64,000 nucleotides of DNA from Gammaproteobacteria bacterium (GTDB taxonomy: Bacteria > Pseudomonadota > Gammaproteobacteria > CAJXQU01): the NCBI GenBank assembly GCA_965238175.1, contig CBDEGZ010000003.1, forward strand, positions 934,089-998,088. Direction: 5' to 3'. Positions 21,475-31,811 of this stretch are shown one piece after another. Position numbers and translations under genes: made by a program. Under the pieces are notes generated by a model that was not told where the DNA came from, did not search any database, and worked only from the letters and a program-made list of their open reading frames with translations. Position 1 is the stretch's first letter; every line of letters begins with the position of its first letter.

Positions 21475-22776
21475 ATGACATCTGAGACAGTAACCATAAC
21501 GGATAATTCAACAGGGAAGACGATTGAATGCCCAATTCTTAAAGGAACGTATGGAGCACCAGTTATTGACACTGCGGCACTCTATAAAGAGTTGGGAATG
21601 TTCACTCTTGATCCCGGTTTTACGACAACGGCGAGTTGTCGTAGTGCTATCACTTACCTTGATGGTGAACAAGGTATCTTGCTGCATCGTGGATATCCCA
21701 TTGAGCAGTTAGCAGAAGAAAGCTCATTTCTGGAGGTTTCTTATCTACTACTACATGGTGAATTGCCAACTACAACTGAATTTGCAGAATACGAAGGTAA
21801 GATCAAACAATACAACATGGTGCATGAGCATTTGATGCGCTTTTTCAATGGTTATCGTTATGACGCACATCCAATGTCGATCATGGTGGGCGTCACAGGT
21901 GCAATGGCTTCTTTCTATCACGAACAAGTAGATGTAAAAGACCCGGAAGATAGAATGAAGATCGCGATGCGTTTGATCGCTAAGATGCCAAATATTGGTT
22001 CTAAGGTTTATAAACATGGGGTTGGTGAGCCGTTTATCTATCCCGATAATTCATTGGGTTATATCGAAAATCTAATGAACATGATGTTTGCTATCCCTTC
22101 TCAGCCTTATGAGCTTCATCCAAAAGCAGTCTCTGCACTTGATCAATTGATGATTTTGCATGCAGATCACGAACAAAATGCCAGTACGTCAACGGTACGT
22201 CTATCAGGTAGTTCAGAAGCAAATCCACTAGCTGCAATTTCTGCAGGCATTTCAACACTTTGGGGTAAGGCTCATGGTGGTGCTAACGAAGCTGTTCTGG
22301 AAATGCTCGAAGAAATTGGAGATGTGAAGAACATTTCTAAGTTTATCGCTCGTGCAAAAGATAAGAGTGATAACTATCGCCTAATGGGCTTTGGACATCG
22401 TGTCTACAAAAACTTTGATCCTCGTGCGACAATTATTAGTAAAGCCTGTCACGAAGTGCTGGATGATATGGATGAAAACTCAGAACTACGTCCATTGATG
22501 GAAATTGCGATGGAGTTGGAACGAATTGCACTGGAAGACGAATACTTCATCGAGCGTAAGTTGTATCCAAATGTTGATTTTTACTCAGGTATAATCCTGC
22601 GCGCATTGGGTATTCCAACAAACATGTTCACAGTATTCTTTGCAATGGCACGTTCTGCAGGATGGATAGCAAACTGGCATGAAATGATGGGAGATTCAGA
22701 TTTCCGAATTGGCCGTCCACGTCAGCTTTATACGGGTTCAGCAACACGTGATTATGTGGCCATGGATAAACGTTAA
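21475..22776 (+). CDS. gltA: Citrate synthase (type II)
   Basis: [14 protein letters not shown] and [10 protein letters not shown] motifs. Confidence 0.96.
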   Translation: MTSETVTITDNSTGKTIECPILKGTYGAPVIDTAALYKELGMFTLDPGFTTTASCRSAITYLDGEQGILLHRGYPIEQLAEESSFLEVSYLLLHGELPTTTEFAEYEGKIKQYNMVHEHLMRFFNGYRYDAHPMSIMVGVTGAMASFYHEQVDVKDPEDRMKIAMRLIAKMPNIGSKVYKHGVGEPFIYPDNSLGYIENLMNMMFAIPSQPYELHPKAVSALDQLMILHADHEQNASTSTVRLSGSSEANPLAAISAGISTLWGKAHGGANEAVLEMLEEIGDVKNISKFIARAKDKSDNYRLMGFGHRVYKNFDPRATIISKACHEVLDDMDENSELRPLMEIAMELERIALEDEYFIERKLYPNVDFYSGIILRALGIPTNMFTVFFAMARSAGWIANWHEMMGDSDFRIGRPRQLYTGSATRDYVAMDKR

Positions 22777-22913
22777 AATCGCAGTTAATAGCCAACATTA
22801 AATTAAACTTTTTTGTAGGTATTTATCTTGCTGGTAGTTAATGTTCTAGAGGCATCTCACTCAAAGTGAGGTGCCTTTTTTATTAAGCGAAAGTTTAGGG
22901 GAGAGGATTGATT

Positions 22914-23894
22914 ATGAAAAAACCTGTTCAGGTGGCAGTTACGGGTGCAGCTGGTCAAATAGCGTATTCAATATTATTTCGAATTGTTTCAGGTGAGATG
23001 TTGGGACCGGATCAACCAGTAGTTTTACGGTGTCTTGAAATCACTCCAGCCATGCAAGCGCTAGAAGGTGTTGCGATGGAGATTGATGATTGTGCATTTC
23101 CATTATTAGAAGGGCTTGTGCTTAGCGATGATCCAAACGAAGCATTTAAGGGTGCTGACATTGCGATGTTGGTCGGTGCACGACCACGTGGACCAGGGAT
23201 GGAGCGTTCTGATCTGCTGGAAGCTAATGGCGGAATATTCAAAATTCAGGGTGAAGCCATTAACGGCAATGCTAATAGTGATGTAAAAGTTGTCGTAGTT
23301 GGTAATCCTGCAAATACTAATGCCCACACGGCAATGCGTTTTGCACCGGATCTAAACCCGCATAATTTTACCGCCCTTACACGACTTGATCATAATCGCG
23401 CTCTTTCGCAATTGGCTGCAAAAACGGGAAGCAGTACGCGAGATATTAGAAAGATGACGATCTGGGGAAATCATTCCACAACTCAATATCCTGATATCAG
23501 CCATACAACAATTGCTGGAAAAGCGGCAAAAGATCTTGTTGATCAGGCCTGGTATGCCGATGAATATATTCCACGCGTTGCTAAACGTGGTGCGGAAATT
23601 ATTGCTGCAAGAGGTGCATCCAGTGCTGCATCTGCTGCAAATGGTGCGATCGAACATATCCGTGATTGGGTTCTAGGAACGCCTGAAGATGATTGGACAA
23701 GCATGGCTGTTCCAAGTGATGGTAGTTATGGTATCCCAGAGGGACTGATGTATTCATTTCCAGTACGTTGTAAGAATGGTGGTTATGAAATTATACAAGG
23801 GTTAGAAATTGATGAATTTAGTCAAGCGAGAATGGATCTAACCCAGAAAGAGCTAGAAGAAGAACGTGATGCGGTTAAAGAACTGATTGGGTGA
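22914..23894 (+). CDS. mdh: Malate dehydrogenase (LDH-like, 328-aa class)
   Basis: [12 protein letters not shown] Rossmann motif, GNPANTN and WGNHS motifs. The ATG at 22914 is preferred over the TTG at 22908. Confidence 0.95.
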   Translation: MKKPVQVAVTGAAGQIAYSILFRIVSGEMLGPDQPVVLRCLEITPAMQALEGVAMEIDDCAFPLLEGLVLSDDPNEAFKGADIAMLVGARPRGPGMERSDLLEANGGIFKIQGEAINGNANSDVKVVVVGNPANTNAHTAMRFAPDLNPHNFTALTRLDHNRALSQLAAKTGSSTRDIRKMTIWGNHSTTQYPDISHTTIAGKAAKDLVDQAWYADEYIPRVAKRGAEIIAARGASSAASAANGAIEHIRDWVLGTPEDDWTSMAVPSDGSYGIPEGLMYSFPVRCKNGGYEIIQGLEIDEFSQARMDLTQKELEEERDAVKELIG

Positions 23895-23896
23895 GC

Positions 23897-23927
23897 AAAA
23901 TCTTTTGTCCAGTGGACAAAAGATTTT
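23897..23927 (+). terminator. mdh terminator-like hairpin
   Basis: 14-bp stem aaaatcttttgtcc / ggacaaaagatttt with loop agt, starting 3 nt after the mdh stop. Confidence 0.6.
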
Positions 23928-24124
23928 GCGAACGAGCGGCAAGGATGCCGTGCCGGAGAGATCCACCATGGATGGTTAGTATTACAAAACTGAAAAGAAT
24001 GACTAGAGATAATGTTATTGGAAAAAATATTGTCCAGTGGACAAAAGATTTTGCGAACGAGCGGCAAGGGTGCCGTACCGGAGAGATCCACCATGGATGG
24101 TTAGTATTACAAAACTAAAAAGAA
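23906..24124 (+). repeat. Two direct copies of a 94-bp unit (23906-23999 and 24031-24124) separated by 31 bp
   Basis: The units differ at 3 positions by eye. Each contains tgtccagtggaca and a GC-rich core gcgaacgagcggcaagg.tgccg..ccggagagatccaccatggatgg. Confidence 0.85.
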
Positions 24125-24204
24125 CGGTGTTTCTTACCGTTACCTGGAAAGATTATTTGTACGTTCTGGTTCATAGGATATTATTCAGAAAAAACTATAT
24201 TTCA

Positions 24205-25005
24205 CTATAGTGAAGTTACGGCTGTTGTTTCAGTTGATGTTGCAGTCTCGGTATTGGCCATCCAATAACCTGCCCCCATAAACAGGCTGCCACCAATAAT
24301 ATTACCTAACGTAACCCAAAGAAGGTTATGTCCCATACCCACTAACGAGATGCTTTCAGGGTGCTGGCTAAGCAGGGCGATTGATAATAAGGTCATATTT
24401 GCAACGCTATGTTCAAAACCACTGGCAATGAATGCAAGCAAACACCAGAAGATAGCAATACACTTTGCCACTTCATTCCTTAGTCGTGCTGCCATCCATA
24501 ATGCAAGGCAGACCAGCCAATTACATAAGATAGCTCGGGAAACAAGCTCTATTACAGTGGAGTTCATCTTATAATCTGCGACCTTATGTAATAAGCCTAC
24601 CCCTCCATGTAATAACTCACCACCACCACCGGCGACAAAGATCAAGGCGAGTATGACTGAGCCGGTCAGATTCCCTATCCATGCGGCTACCCAAACTTTT
24701 CCCAAATCAACAAGCGTTGTTTTCTTTTTGAGCCAGCCGAAGACCATATACATGGTATGGCCGGTAAAGAGTTCAGAGCCAGCAAAGACCACGAGTGTCA
24801 GGGCTATGCCGAATGTGGCACCCATAATTAATTTCTGAAAAGCCACGGGCACTTGTCCCGCAGTGCTAAAGATTAAAATAATTCCAAGCCCAACATAAGC
24901 ACCTGCCATCATTGCTCCTATTAAAAAAGCTAATGGAGAATTTCTGACTGCAGTTGCTTTTTGATCTGCAACATTAGAAAAATAATTGATTGTTTCTTTG
25001 TACAT
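24205..25005 (-). CDS. Formate/nitrite transporter family protein (NirC/FocA-like)
   Basis: 6-TM FNT pattern (GAELFTG-like GSELFTGH, ..FEHSVANM). The start is set at MYKETINYF (cat at 25003-25005); the upstream ORF extension is AT-rich leader. Confidence 0.85.
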   Translation of the reverse strand: MYKETINYFSNVADQKATAVRNSPLAFLIGAMMAGAYVGLGIILIFSTAGQVPVAFQKLIMGATFGIALTLVVFAGSELFTGHTMYMVFGWLKKKTTLVDLGKVWVAAWIGNLTGSVILALIFVAGGGGELLHGGVGLLHKVADYKMNSTVIELVSRAILCNWLVCLALWMAARLRNEVAKCIAIFWCLLAFIASGFEHSVANMTLLSIALLSQHPESISLVGMGHNLLWVTLGNIIGGSLFMGAGYWMANTETATSTETTAVTSL

Positions 25006-25123
25006 ATTTTGATCACTACCGTTAGTTAATTTTAAAAAATAAACAAATTTATTTTGACATTTTTTATTTGTTTCATATAAGATACAACTATAAATAATTT
25101 TTATCAATACAAGGAGATAAAAA

Positions 25124-25651
25124 ATGCAGGAAATAGCTTGGGGTATTTCTCTAGTGCTCATGTTAGTTATCATCGGTGTCTTTATGTTTGTTGTTATAAA
25201 CTCTGGACAAAAAGTTGAATACGCGCCGGTACAAACGCGTTTCTATAAAGTGCGCAGTGGTTTGTTTTGGGTAATGGTCGCTGGTTTTTTCGTGGTGACA
25301 TTCAGTACTATTCAAGGAATGCCATACGCAGCCAAGGATTTAGACACAAGCACAGGTGAGATACAGGTTATCGATGTAGAAGGCTTTCAATGGTATTGGA
25401 AGTTAAGCAATAGCAAAGTAAAGGTAAATCGACCGGTTTTGTTTAATGTCACAAGTGGGGATGTTAATCATGGTTTGGGGATCTATGACGAAAGCCTAAC
25501 CTTGTTAGCACAAACACAGGCAATGCCTGACTATATCAATAAGCTTGAATACACCTTTAAGAAACCTGGCACTTATAAGATTTTGTGTATGGAATATTGT
25601 GGTATGGCACATCATGTTATGACCGCCGTTATTGAAGTTACCTCAGAATAA
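25124..25651 (+). CDS. Heme-copper oxidase subunit II (CuA cupredoxin), second oxidase/NOR-like cluster
   Basis: CuA ligands: VNHG ... CMEYCGMAHHVM. Two N-terminal TM helices. Confidence 0.85.
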   Translation: MQEIAWGISLVLMLVIIGVFMFVVINSGQKVEYAPVQTRFYKVRSGLFWVMVAGFFVVTFSTIQGMPYAAKDLDTSTGEIQVIDVEGFQWYWKLSNSKVKVNRPVLFNVTSGDVNHGLGIYDESLTLLAQTQAMPDYINKLEYTFKKPGTYKILCMEYCGMAHHVMTAVIEVTSE

Positions 25652-25666
25652 TTTCAGGAGAGAAGA

Positions 25667-27127
25667 ATGTCATCATCAATTTCCGTTACTCATCCAAATT
25701 TAAGCCACGGCGCACGTAATACGCTACTACTCTACCTCGCAATTAGCGCCGTGGTCTTTTTATTAATGATGGTTTTTGGAACCACATTACGTTACGAACA
25801 AGGGCAATGGTTAGGCTTAGGCCCCGAATATTTCTATCAAATAATGACTGCGCATGGTGTCGGTATGGTGGGTATATCCGGTTTAGCAGCCAGTGCCGTA
25901 ATGTGGTTTTTCCTTTCACGACATGTACAACTTAGTACAGCAATATTAGTTGCTAACCTTGGTTTCTTTCTAGTCGGTGTTGTCTTAATACTCGGCTCAA
26001 TATTCATTGGTAAGTTTGCTGCAGCCTGGACTTTTTTATATCCCTTGCCAGCAATGGGACAAGGTATTTGGGGTAATCATGCAGCGGCCAGCTTTTTGCT
26101 TGGGCTATTACTCGTCGGTGTTGGCTTCTTGTTACTTTACCTTGATACAGCGCGTGCCATCATGAAGAAGTATGGCAATTTAGCAAAAGCACTTGGTTGG
26201 CCACAGATTTTTGCCAATAGTCAGGATGAAGCTCCACCACCTGCTGTCGTCGCCAGTACGATGGTCTTAATCGTCAATATTGCTGGGATTGCTGCAGGTG
26301 CTGTTGTTATTGTCTTGAGTTTGGTCAATCTTTATCTGCCGGCATTTGAACTGGATCCCCTACTTGTAAAAAATCTGATCTATTTTTTCGGGCATATATT
26401 TATTAATGCGACGATCTATCAAGCGGTCATTGCTGTATATGAGATCTTACCGCAATATACACAACGTCCATGGAAATCTTCAAAAGTATTTTTAATGGCA
26501 TGGACAGCATCAACCTTAATGGTAATGTCAGTTTATCCACATCACTTGTTAATGGACTTTGCGATGCCAACCTGGGCATTGGTGATGGGACAAATTATTT
26601 CTTATATGAGTGGTTTTCCAGTGCTCGTTGTCACGGCTTATGGAGCTTTGACAATTATTTATCGCTCTGGTATTAAATGGGATGTAACTTCAGGTTTGTT
26701 GATGTTATCGATGATGGGTTGGGCTTGTGGTGTTATCCCAGCAATTGTTGATGGGACCATTAGTGTCAATAACGTGATGCATAATACATTGTGGGTACCG
26801 GGACATTTTCATATTTACCTGTTATTAGGTGTGGTACCGATGATCTTTGGTTTTATGTATTATCTGGCGCAAAGTAATGGTGAAAAAGTGGGTCTTTTAG
26901 ATACACTTGCATACTGGGCCTACTTACTTTCAGGAATGGGTTTTGTGACGATGTTTTTGCTAGGCGGTAAAGAAAGTGTTCCACGTCGCTGGGCAACACA
27001 TATGGAAGAATGGATAGCATACGATCAGATCGCTGCCGTATTTGCAACCTTAGTTGTATTAAGTGCATTGGTTTTTGCTTACCGTTTCTTGATACGAATA
27101 TCCAAGGTGAATATTACTGCTTCATGA
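25667..27127 (+). CDS. Heme-copper oxidase superfamily subunit I, non-canonical active site (sNOR-like)
   Basis: His ligands are present (TAHGVGM, FFGH, YPHH, PGHFH). The CuB motif reads GHIFIN where coxA in this same window reads GHPEVY, so the cross-linked Tyr position is Asn. Confidence 0.85.
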   Translation: MSSSISVTHPNLSHGARNTLLLYLAISAVVFLLMMVFGTTLRYEQGQWLGLGPEYFYQIMTAHGVGMVGISGLAASAVMWFFLSRHVQLSTAILVANLGFFLVGVVLILGSIFIGKFAAAWTFLYPLPAMGQGIWGNHAAASFLLGLLLVGVGFLLLYLDTARAIMKKYGNLAKALGWPQIFANSQDEAPPPAVVASTMVLIVNIAGIAAGAVVIVLSLVNLYLPAFELDPLLVKNLIYFFGHIFINATIYQAVIAVYEILPQYTQRPWKSSKVFLMAWTASTLMVMSVYPHHLLMDFAMPTWALVMGQIISYMSGFPVLVVTAYGALTIIYRSGIKWDVTSGLLMLSMMGWACGVIPAIVDGTISVNNVMHNTLWVPGHFHIYLLLGVVPMIFGFMYYLAQSNGEKVGLLDTLAYWAYLLSGMGFVTMFLLGGKESVPRRWATHMEEWIAYDQIAAVFATLVVLSALVFAYRFLIRISKVNITAS

Positions 27128-27747
27128 ATCGATTGAGTTATATCAGTACTGCTTTAGTTTTTATCTTCTCTGCTACCTTCTGGTGGCAGGGAACGAGCGG
27201 CCTTCAGGCATTTACCAGTGAAACGGCCAGAAGACTTGAAGTTTTAGAATCTCCTAAAACGCTGTCCAATCTAAACTTTGAGAACCAAAATAATGAACCA
27301 ATCAATTTTGTTGATTATCAGGGTAAGGTTGTTTTAGTAGATTTTATATACACCCGTTGCCCAGATATTTGTCATGCCTTGGGCTTTGCTTTCAAATCGA
27401 TTAAAGAAGATCTGAAAGAACTGGGTTTGGATGATCAGGTACAAATAGCTAACATCAGTTTTGATCTGGAAAATGATATGTCAGAAGAACTCGATGCTTA
27501 TATTAAACGCTATAGCAATGACACAAGTTCATGGCATGGATTACGTCTTAAAGATCCACAAAAACTCCCTCAGCTTTTAAACGATTTTGGCATCGTTGTT
27601 ATAGCAAATGATCGTGGTGGTTTTGATCACAATGCAGCCATTCATTTATTGGATGAAAAAGGTCGCCTGATTGGTATATATGACTATCAAGCTCAGAAAC
27701 AGATCGTAAAGCATATACGTGAACAGATCGAAACCATAACTTTATGA
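27124..27747 (+). CDS. senC: SCO1/SenC copper chaperone
   Basis: Thioredoxin-fold CxxxC motif FIYTRCPDICH. The start MNRLSYIST forms an ATGA overlap with the subunit I stop. Confidence 0.85.
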   Translation: MNRLSYISTALVFIFSATFWWQGTSGLQAFTSETARRLEVLESPKTLSNLNFENQNNEPINFVDYQGKVVLVDFIYTRCPDICHALGFAFKSIKEDLKELGLDDQVQIANISFDLENDMSEELDAYIKRYSNDTSSWHGLRLKDPQKLPQLLNDFGIVVIANDRGGFDHNAAIHLLDEKGRLIGIYDYQAQKQIVKHIREQIETITL

Positions 27748-28325
27748 TTAAGCCTGTATTGGTTTATGCATTTGGTCTTTATGCAATTAGTTATTCTCTA
27801 ATAGGAGAGTGGTTAGAAGCTTCTATGATCAGGCATGTCTTGATCCAAATACCTTGTCTCATTTTACTAGGCTATTTCTATGGTCGTCAGTATTTAAAAA
27901 ATAATTCCTTTTTATTATTGATCAACGAAAAGGGTCTGGCGGGTATACTCTTGTGTATTTTTATCGGTGCTTATTGGATGCTACCAAGAGCATTGGATAC
28001 ATCATTGACAACGCCTTTAATGGCGTCATTCAAATATTTTTCGTTACCTGTTCTGGTTGGCATTCCATTAGCGATTAGTTGGGAAAAGATCCACCCTATC
28101 GCTCAGGCTCTAGTAAAAATTGAGTTGCTAACGATGTTATACCGATTGGGTTGGCTCTATTTGGTTTCTCCAAATCGATTATGTAATTTTTACCAACTAA
28201 ACGAACAGGTTCTATTAGGAAAATCTTTTTTGATCATTGCCCTGCTTATTTCTATTTATTGTGTATGGCAGCTTTTTTCTAATGATTATCGTGAATCGGA
28301 AAAAGAACCAGAAAGCTCAGTTTAA
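27744..28325 (+). CDS. Polytopic membrane protein (orf1 of norSY-senC-orf1-type clusters; CtaG_caa3-like?)
   Basis: 193 aa with about 5 TM helices. ATGA overlap with the SCO1 stop. Confidence 0.5.
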   Translation: MIKPVLVYAFGLYAISYSLIGEWLEASMIRHVLIQIPCLILLGYFYGRQYLKNNSFLLLINEKGLAGILLCIFIGAYWMLPRALDTSLTTPLMASFKYFSLPVLVGIPLAISWEKIHPIAQALVKIELLTMLYRLGWLYLVSPNRLCNFYQLNEQVLLGKSFLIIALLISIYCVWQLFSNDYRESEKEPESSV

Positions 28326-28736
28326 AAATTGTTTTAATTCTCTTTTGTTTTTAATGAGATCAGCCAAAGTAAAATCATCTAAAACACTTAAGAATGCTTG
28401 CGTTGCCTGGTTGAGCGCGGACTGTAAATAACAGGCGGGTAGAAATGGACAAATGGGTTCATTACAATTGACGACATCCAAAGTCTGCTCAGTAGAACGT
28501 ACAATTTCACCGATACTAATTGTCTCTGGTTCATAGGCGAGTTCAAGTCCCCCGCCACGCCCGCGTTTAGAATAGATATAGCCAAGTTTAACCAAATAAT
28601 TTACAACTTTAATCAAATGGTTTCGGGAAATATTAAACGACTCGGCAATATCAGAAATATGACCAAGCTTATCCGGATTTAATGCCAGGTACATAAGCAC
28701 TCGCAAAGAATAGTCCGTATATCGTGTTAGTTGCAT
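28317..28736 (-). CDS. nsrR: Rrf2-family transcriptional regulator, NsrR-like (NO-sensing)
   Basis: MQLTRYTDYSLRVLMYLA wHTH N-terminus and a C-terminal Cys cluster C..(6)..C....C (CNEPICPFLPAC). Its 3' end overlaps the convergent upstream gene by 9 nt. Confidence 0.8.
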   Translation of the reverse strand: MQLTRYTDYSLRVLMYLALNPDKLGHISDIAESFNISRNHLIKVVNYLVKLGYIYSKRGRGGGLELAYEPETISIGEIVRSTEQTLDVVNCNEPICPFLPACYLQSALNQATQAFLSVLDDFTLADLIKNKRELKQFLN

Positions 28737-29050
28737 TGATAAATATCCTTAATAACAAGAAAATAAGTCATGAACACATTTTCCACCTAATTATTGTAAA
28801 TAAAATATAACAATATCATATGGAATGAAAAAGAGGGTAGATAGTAACTGAATGTTTACATTGTCTTAACACCTAATTGCGGAAACCAACTTAAACGGAG
28901 AAGTGACAAATGAATAATATGCATTCAGGCAACCACATATTTTGATATGTTGACTGTGGATATAAGTGAATAGATAATATCGAAAAAAGGAATTTCGTAA
29001 CAGTTTTGTTTATTTAATAGGGGTTTCTTACCCAAAATCTGGTATTTATA

Positions 29051-29410
29051 ATGAGGAAAAAAATACTAGAATTTCCACTTGGGAAAAAGGGATCAGTTTT
29101 ACTGAAACAATCACAGAATATATTCCGCAAAAACGTATGACGTAGACATATGACTTCAAGCCGAGTGATATTCTACATAATGCACTAGACGAACATCTTG
29201 AAATCGGAGGAAAATATTTCGACGTGATAGATACAACGTATGTAACCAAACAATTAGCAAACAAAATAAGACCAAGCTTACGTTATTGATAATACAGGAT
29301 CTCAACTAACTTAAATTGGTACTCGAACCCGTGGGCACAGTTTCTAATTTCAAACTTTCAAAGTCAGATTTTGTATGTCTATAAAATCGCTCAGAAACCA
29401 GTTAATGTGG
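29051..29410 (+). pseudogene. Degraded SRPBCC-family gene
   Basis: Manual translation gives SFTETITEYIPQKRMT*TYDFKPSDILHNALDEHLEIGGKYFDVIDTTY...LRY**YRISTNLNWYSNPWAQFLISNFQSQILYVYKIAQK, with in-frame stops and a frameshift. Confidence 0.4.
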
Positions 29411-29507
29411 CAACTTTGCGGCTGGGCGCAAAAAAGACGTGCGCCCATTCTTGTAGGCATTATTAAGGCAAGGAGTAAGTCTGATTAAACTTTTACTTAT
29501 ACCTGGA

Positions 29508-30158
29508 ATGGATGGTACAGGAGAATTGTTTAACCCTTTATTGGATGAGTTACCTGAGCACATTAACACTCATGTGATCTGTTTGAACTCTTTAACGGCT
29601 AATGAGCCAAAAGTCCAAGCAATCGAAATTGCATCAACTCTTGGTGATGAAGAAGTTATAATTTTATCTGAATCATATTCAAGCTATATCGCTTATCAGT
29701 TATGTTTACTATCTCATTTGAATATTAAACACGTAATATTTTCAGCTGGTTTCTTAAGTAATCCATCTAAACTTAGTTATTTAAGAAATGTTCTACCGTT
29801 AAATATTATTCGTTCAGGTTTTATTCCTGGCCATATTCTTAGTTTATTTTTGTTTGCTCAGCGTAATAACGACAAATTGGTAAAGTTGTTTAATTCATCT
29901 TTACAGTCAGTCACTAATTTCACTTTAAAGCAAAGGCTTGAATATATTGCGAACTTAACTACTCCAGCACAAGAGTTAACTATTCCAGCGACTTACGTAC
30001 AAGCAAGTAATGATTATCTTGTTAGTAAAAAATCGGTGGATGTCTTTACTAAAATATGTATAAATATTAATGTGGTTAAAGCAGAAGGTGGTCATTTTGT
30101 GGTTCAGAGTAACCCGCAATTTTTTGTAAAATTAATACAAAATGTAATGGCTTTATAA
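29508..30158 (+). CDS. Alpha/beta-hydrolase-fold protein (family not resolved)
   Basis: The frame is open upstream as LIKLLLIPGMDGTGELF, typical of an alpha/beta hydrolase N-terminus. The probable true start is CTG/ATT at 29481-29484, 6 nt after aaggag. Confidence 0.5.
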   Translation: MDGTGELFNPLLDELPEHINTHVICLNSLTANEPKVQAIEIASTLGDEEVIILSESYSSYIAYQLCLLSHLNIKHVIFSAGFLSNPSKLSYLRNVLPLNIIRSGFIPGHILSLFLFAQRNNDKLVKLFNSSLQSVTNFTLKQRLEYIANLTTPAQELTIPATYVQASNDYLVSKKSVDVFTKICININVVKAEGGHFVVQSNPQFFVKLIQNVMAL

Positions 30159-30197
30159 AAAGCACCATAGAGGTGCGTTATATTTTCCAATAAGATA

Positions 30198-30830
30198 ATG
30201 ACAAGATTCATATTAATTGCTTTGATACTATTTTCTCAAAACGTTAGGAGTGAGAGTTTTGAGGATGATATTGTGCTTGCTGCAGTAGGCCGGACGAAGC
30301 ATGAAGTTCGCTACGATGGCGCATACTTTTCGATTCCATATCCAAATGGCGATGTGCCAGCGGACATTGGTGTTTGCACTGATGTCGTCATTAGGTCATA
30401 TCGTGCACTCGGTACAGATCTTCAAGTCTTGGTACACGAAGATATGGCCAATAATTTTAGCCTTTATCCATCAAAACGAATTTGGGGACATAAATCTACG
30501 GATAGAAATATAGATCATCGTCGCGTGCTCAACCTGCAAGTGTTCTTCTCTAGGCACGGGGGATCACTTCCTATTACCGATAAAAAACAAGATTATGCGC
30601 CAGGCGATATCGTCACATGGCTATTACCAGGAAATTTGCCTCATATAGGCATTGTTACCAACCGGGTATCACTCCGTACAGGAAATCCACTTATTGCTCA
30701 CAATATTGGCTCAGGGCCAAATCTTGATGATATGCTCTTCGCATACAAAATAACGGGGCATTATCGCTACATACCAAAAAAGTATAACAATTTAAGCAAG
30801 CTGGAGGCGCTACAGCGCACACCTTCTTAA
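30198..30830 (+). CDS. DUF1287 domain protein with signal peptide
   Basis: YDGAYFSIPYPNGDVPADIGVCTDVVIRSYR...NIDHRRV matches my memory of the DUF1287 consensus. Confidence 0.7.
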   Translation: MTRFILIALILFSQNVRSESFEDDIVLAAVGRTKHEVRYDGAYFSIPYPNGDVPADIGVCTDVVIRSYRALGTDLQVLVHEDMANNFSLYPSKRIWGHKSTDRNIDHRRVLNLQVFFSRHGGSLPITDKKQDYAPGDIVTWLLPGNLPHIGIVTNRVSLRTGNPLIAHNIGSGPNLDDMLFAYKITGHYRYIPKKYNNLSKLEALQRTPS

Positions 30831-30831
30831 A

Positions 30832-31257
30832 GTGATGCGTATGTCTAAAGAATGCCCGGAGCACTTATGGAGACATCCAACTGCAGCAGCAATTGATAGC
30901 CTGGCCACAAGATTTAATTTGCCAAATCACGAAGGAATGCAGGATTGGGAACATGAGGTTGCCGATCCAAATAGAGTTGTTGAGTTCATAGACGCATATA
31001 AAAATGGTGAGCTATCCGAAGACGAACGATTTACAATTATGGAAACCATAATTCAATCATTTGAGGAGCAGGAGCGATCCTTAGACGATAGCAAGGAGTG
31101 GAAGGAGGTGTTGAATTTGATCGAATCAAATGTTGATCTACATATTTACACTATTTGGTATTGGTCCCTTGTGGAAGAGGAATCCGAAAACAATTGGTGG
31201 AATGTTACTAAATTCATACGACAAATTTTTGAAGGAAACTGTGACAAATACACATAA
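30832..31257 (+). CDS. Hypothetical acidic cytoplasmic protein (immunity-protein-like)
   Basis: 141-aa ORF, Trp/Glu-rich. No family recognised. Confidence 0.35.
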   Translation: MMRMSKECPEHLWRHPTAAAIDSLATRFNLPNHEGMQDWEHEVADPNRVVEFIDAYKNGELSEDERFTIMETIIQSFEEQERSLDDSKEWKEVLNLIESNVDLHIYTIWYWSLVEEESENNWWNVTKFIRQIFEGNCDKYT

Positions 31258-31305
31258 AAAGCGCACTTTGTCGTGATGCGAGGCGTTGCACGGTAGGTCG
31301 GAAAT

Positions 31306-31731
31306 TTGAATGTGAGTAATAAATTGGCAAGGCGAGTTTGGTACATAATATTTTTGGTAGTTGGTATTGCTATTGGTAGTTCAGGCGGCTGGTTTCTGTC
31401 TTTTCTCCATAATAAAAATGCTGTTCTCCAGCCTATAGAATTGGGAACTGTTTTAAAATTTTCAAATATACGAATAAGTGAAAGTAAATTTTCATGTGAA
31501 GGTCATTTAGCGAAAACAGTTGGTGGTGTAGTCGCTTCAATATATGAATCAAATTCGAGAAATACCAGAAATATGGTTTTATATAAGTGCAATGCATCAA
31601 TATGTTCATTATCAGTTACAAGTTGTAAACCCTGGCAGTCGTCAGAGTGTGGCTCGCGTACATTGCGTTTCAATATTACAGAGCAACAGAAAATAGATGA
31701 AAATTCATTTGCGTGTATTGATGTACCGTAA
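31306..31731 (+). CDS. Hypothetical membrane-anchored Cys-rich protein
   Basis: 141-aa ORF with an N-terminal TM helix (VWYIIFLVVGIAIGSSGGWFL). Confidence 0.35.
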   Translation: MNVSNKLARRVWYIIFLVVGIAIGSSGGWFLSFLHNKNAVLQPIELGTVLKFSNIRISESKFSCEGHLAKTVGGVVASIYESNSRNTRNMVLYKCNASICSLSVTSCKPWQSSECGSRTLRFNITEQQKIDENSFACIDVP

Positions 31732-31811
31732 TCGTTTCACAGATAGTCAATTGACGCACCCTAGTCGCTAGTCCAGGCAGCAGTAAAAAAGTATTAGAAA
31801 CTGACTATATT

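Noticed and set aside
23822-24118. ORFs 23891-24118 (+) and 23822-24094 (-) spanning the 94-bp repeats
   Set aside because: They are generated by the duplicated non-coding unit downstream of mdh. The translations are repeat-derived with no start context.
23906-24124. Possible CRISPR array
   Set aside because: There are only two repeat copies, the unit is 94 bp (far longer than CRISPR repeats), the spacer is 31 bp, and there are no cas genes.
25006-25123. Possible NsrR operator in the FNT/oxidase divergent promoter (taagatacaactataaataatttttatc)
   Set aside because: It shows only loose similarity to the AAGATGCATTT-type half-site as I remember it and has no clear dyad. It needs a matrix search and is not claimed as a feature.
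29318-29345. tRNA-like T-arm sequence (ggtactcgaacccgtgggc)
   Set aside because: The flanking bases do not form T-stem or acceptor pairing. The segment falls inside the reading frame of the degraded SRPBCC gene (NLNWYSNPWAQF).
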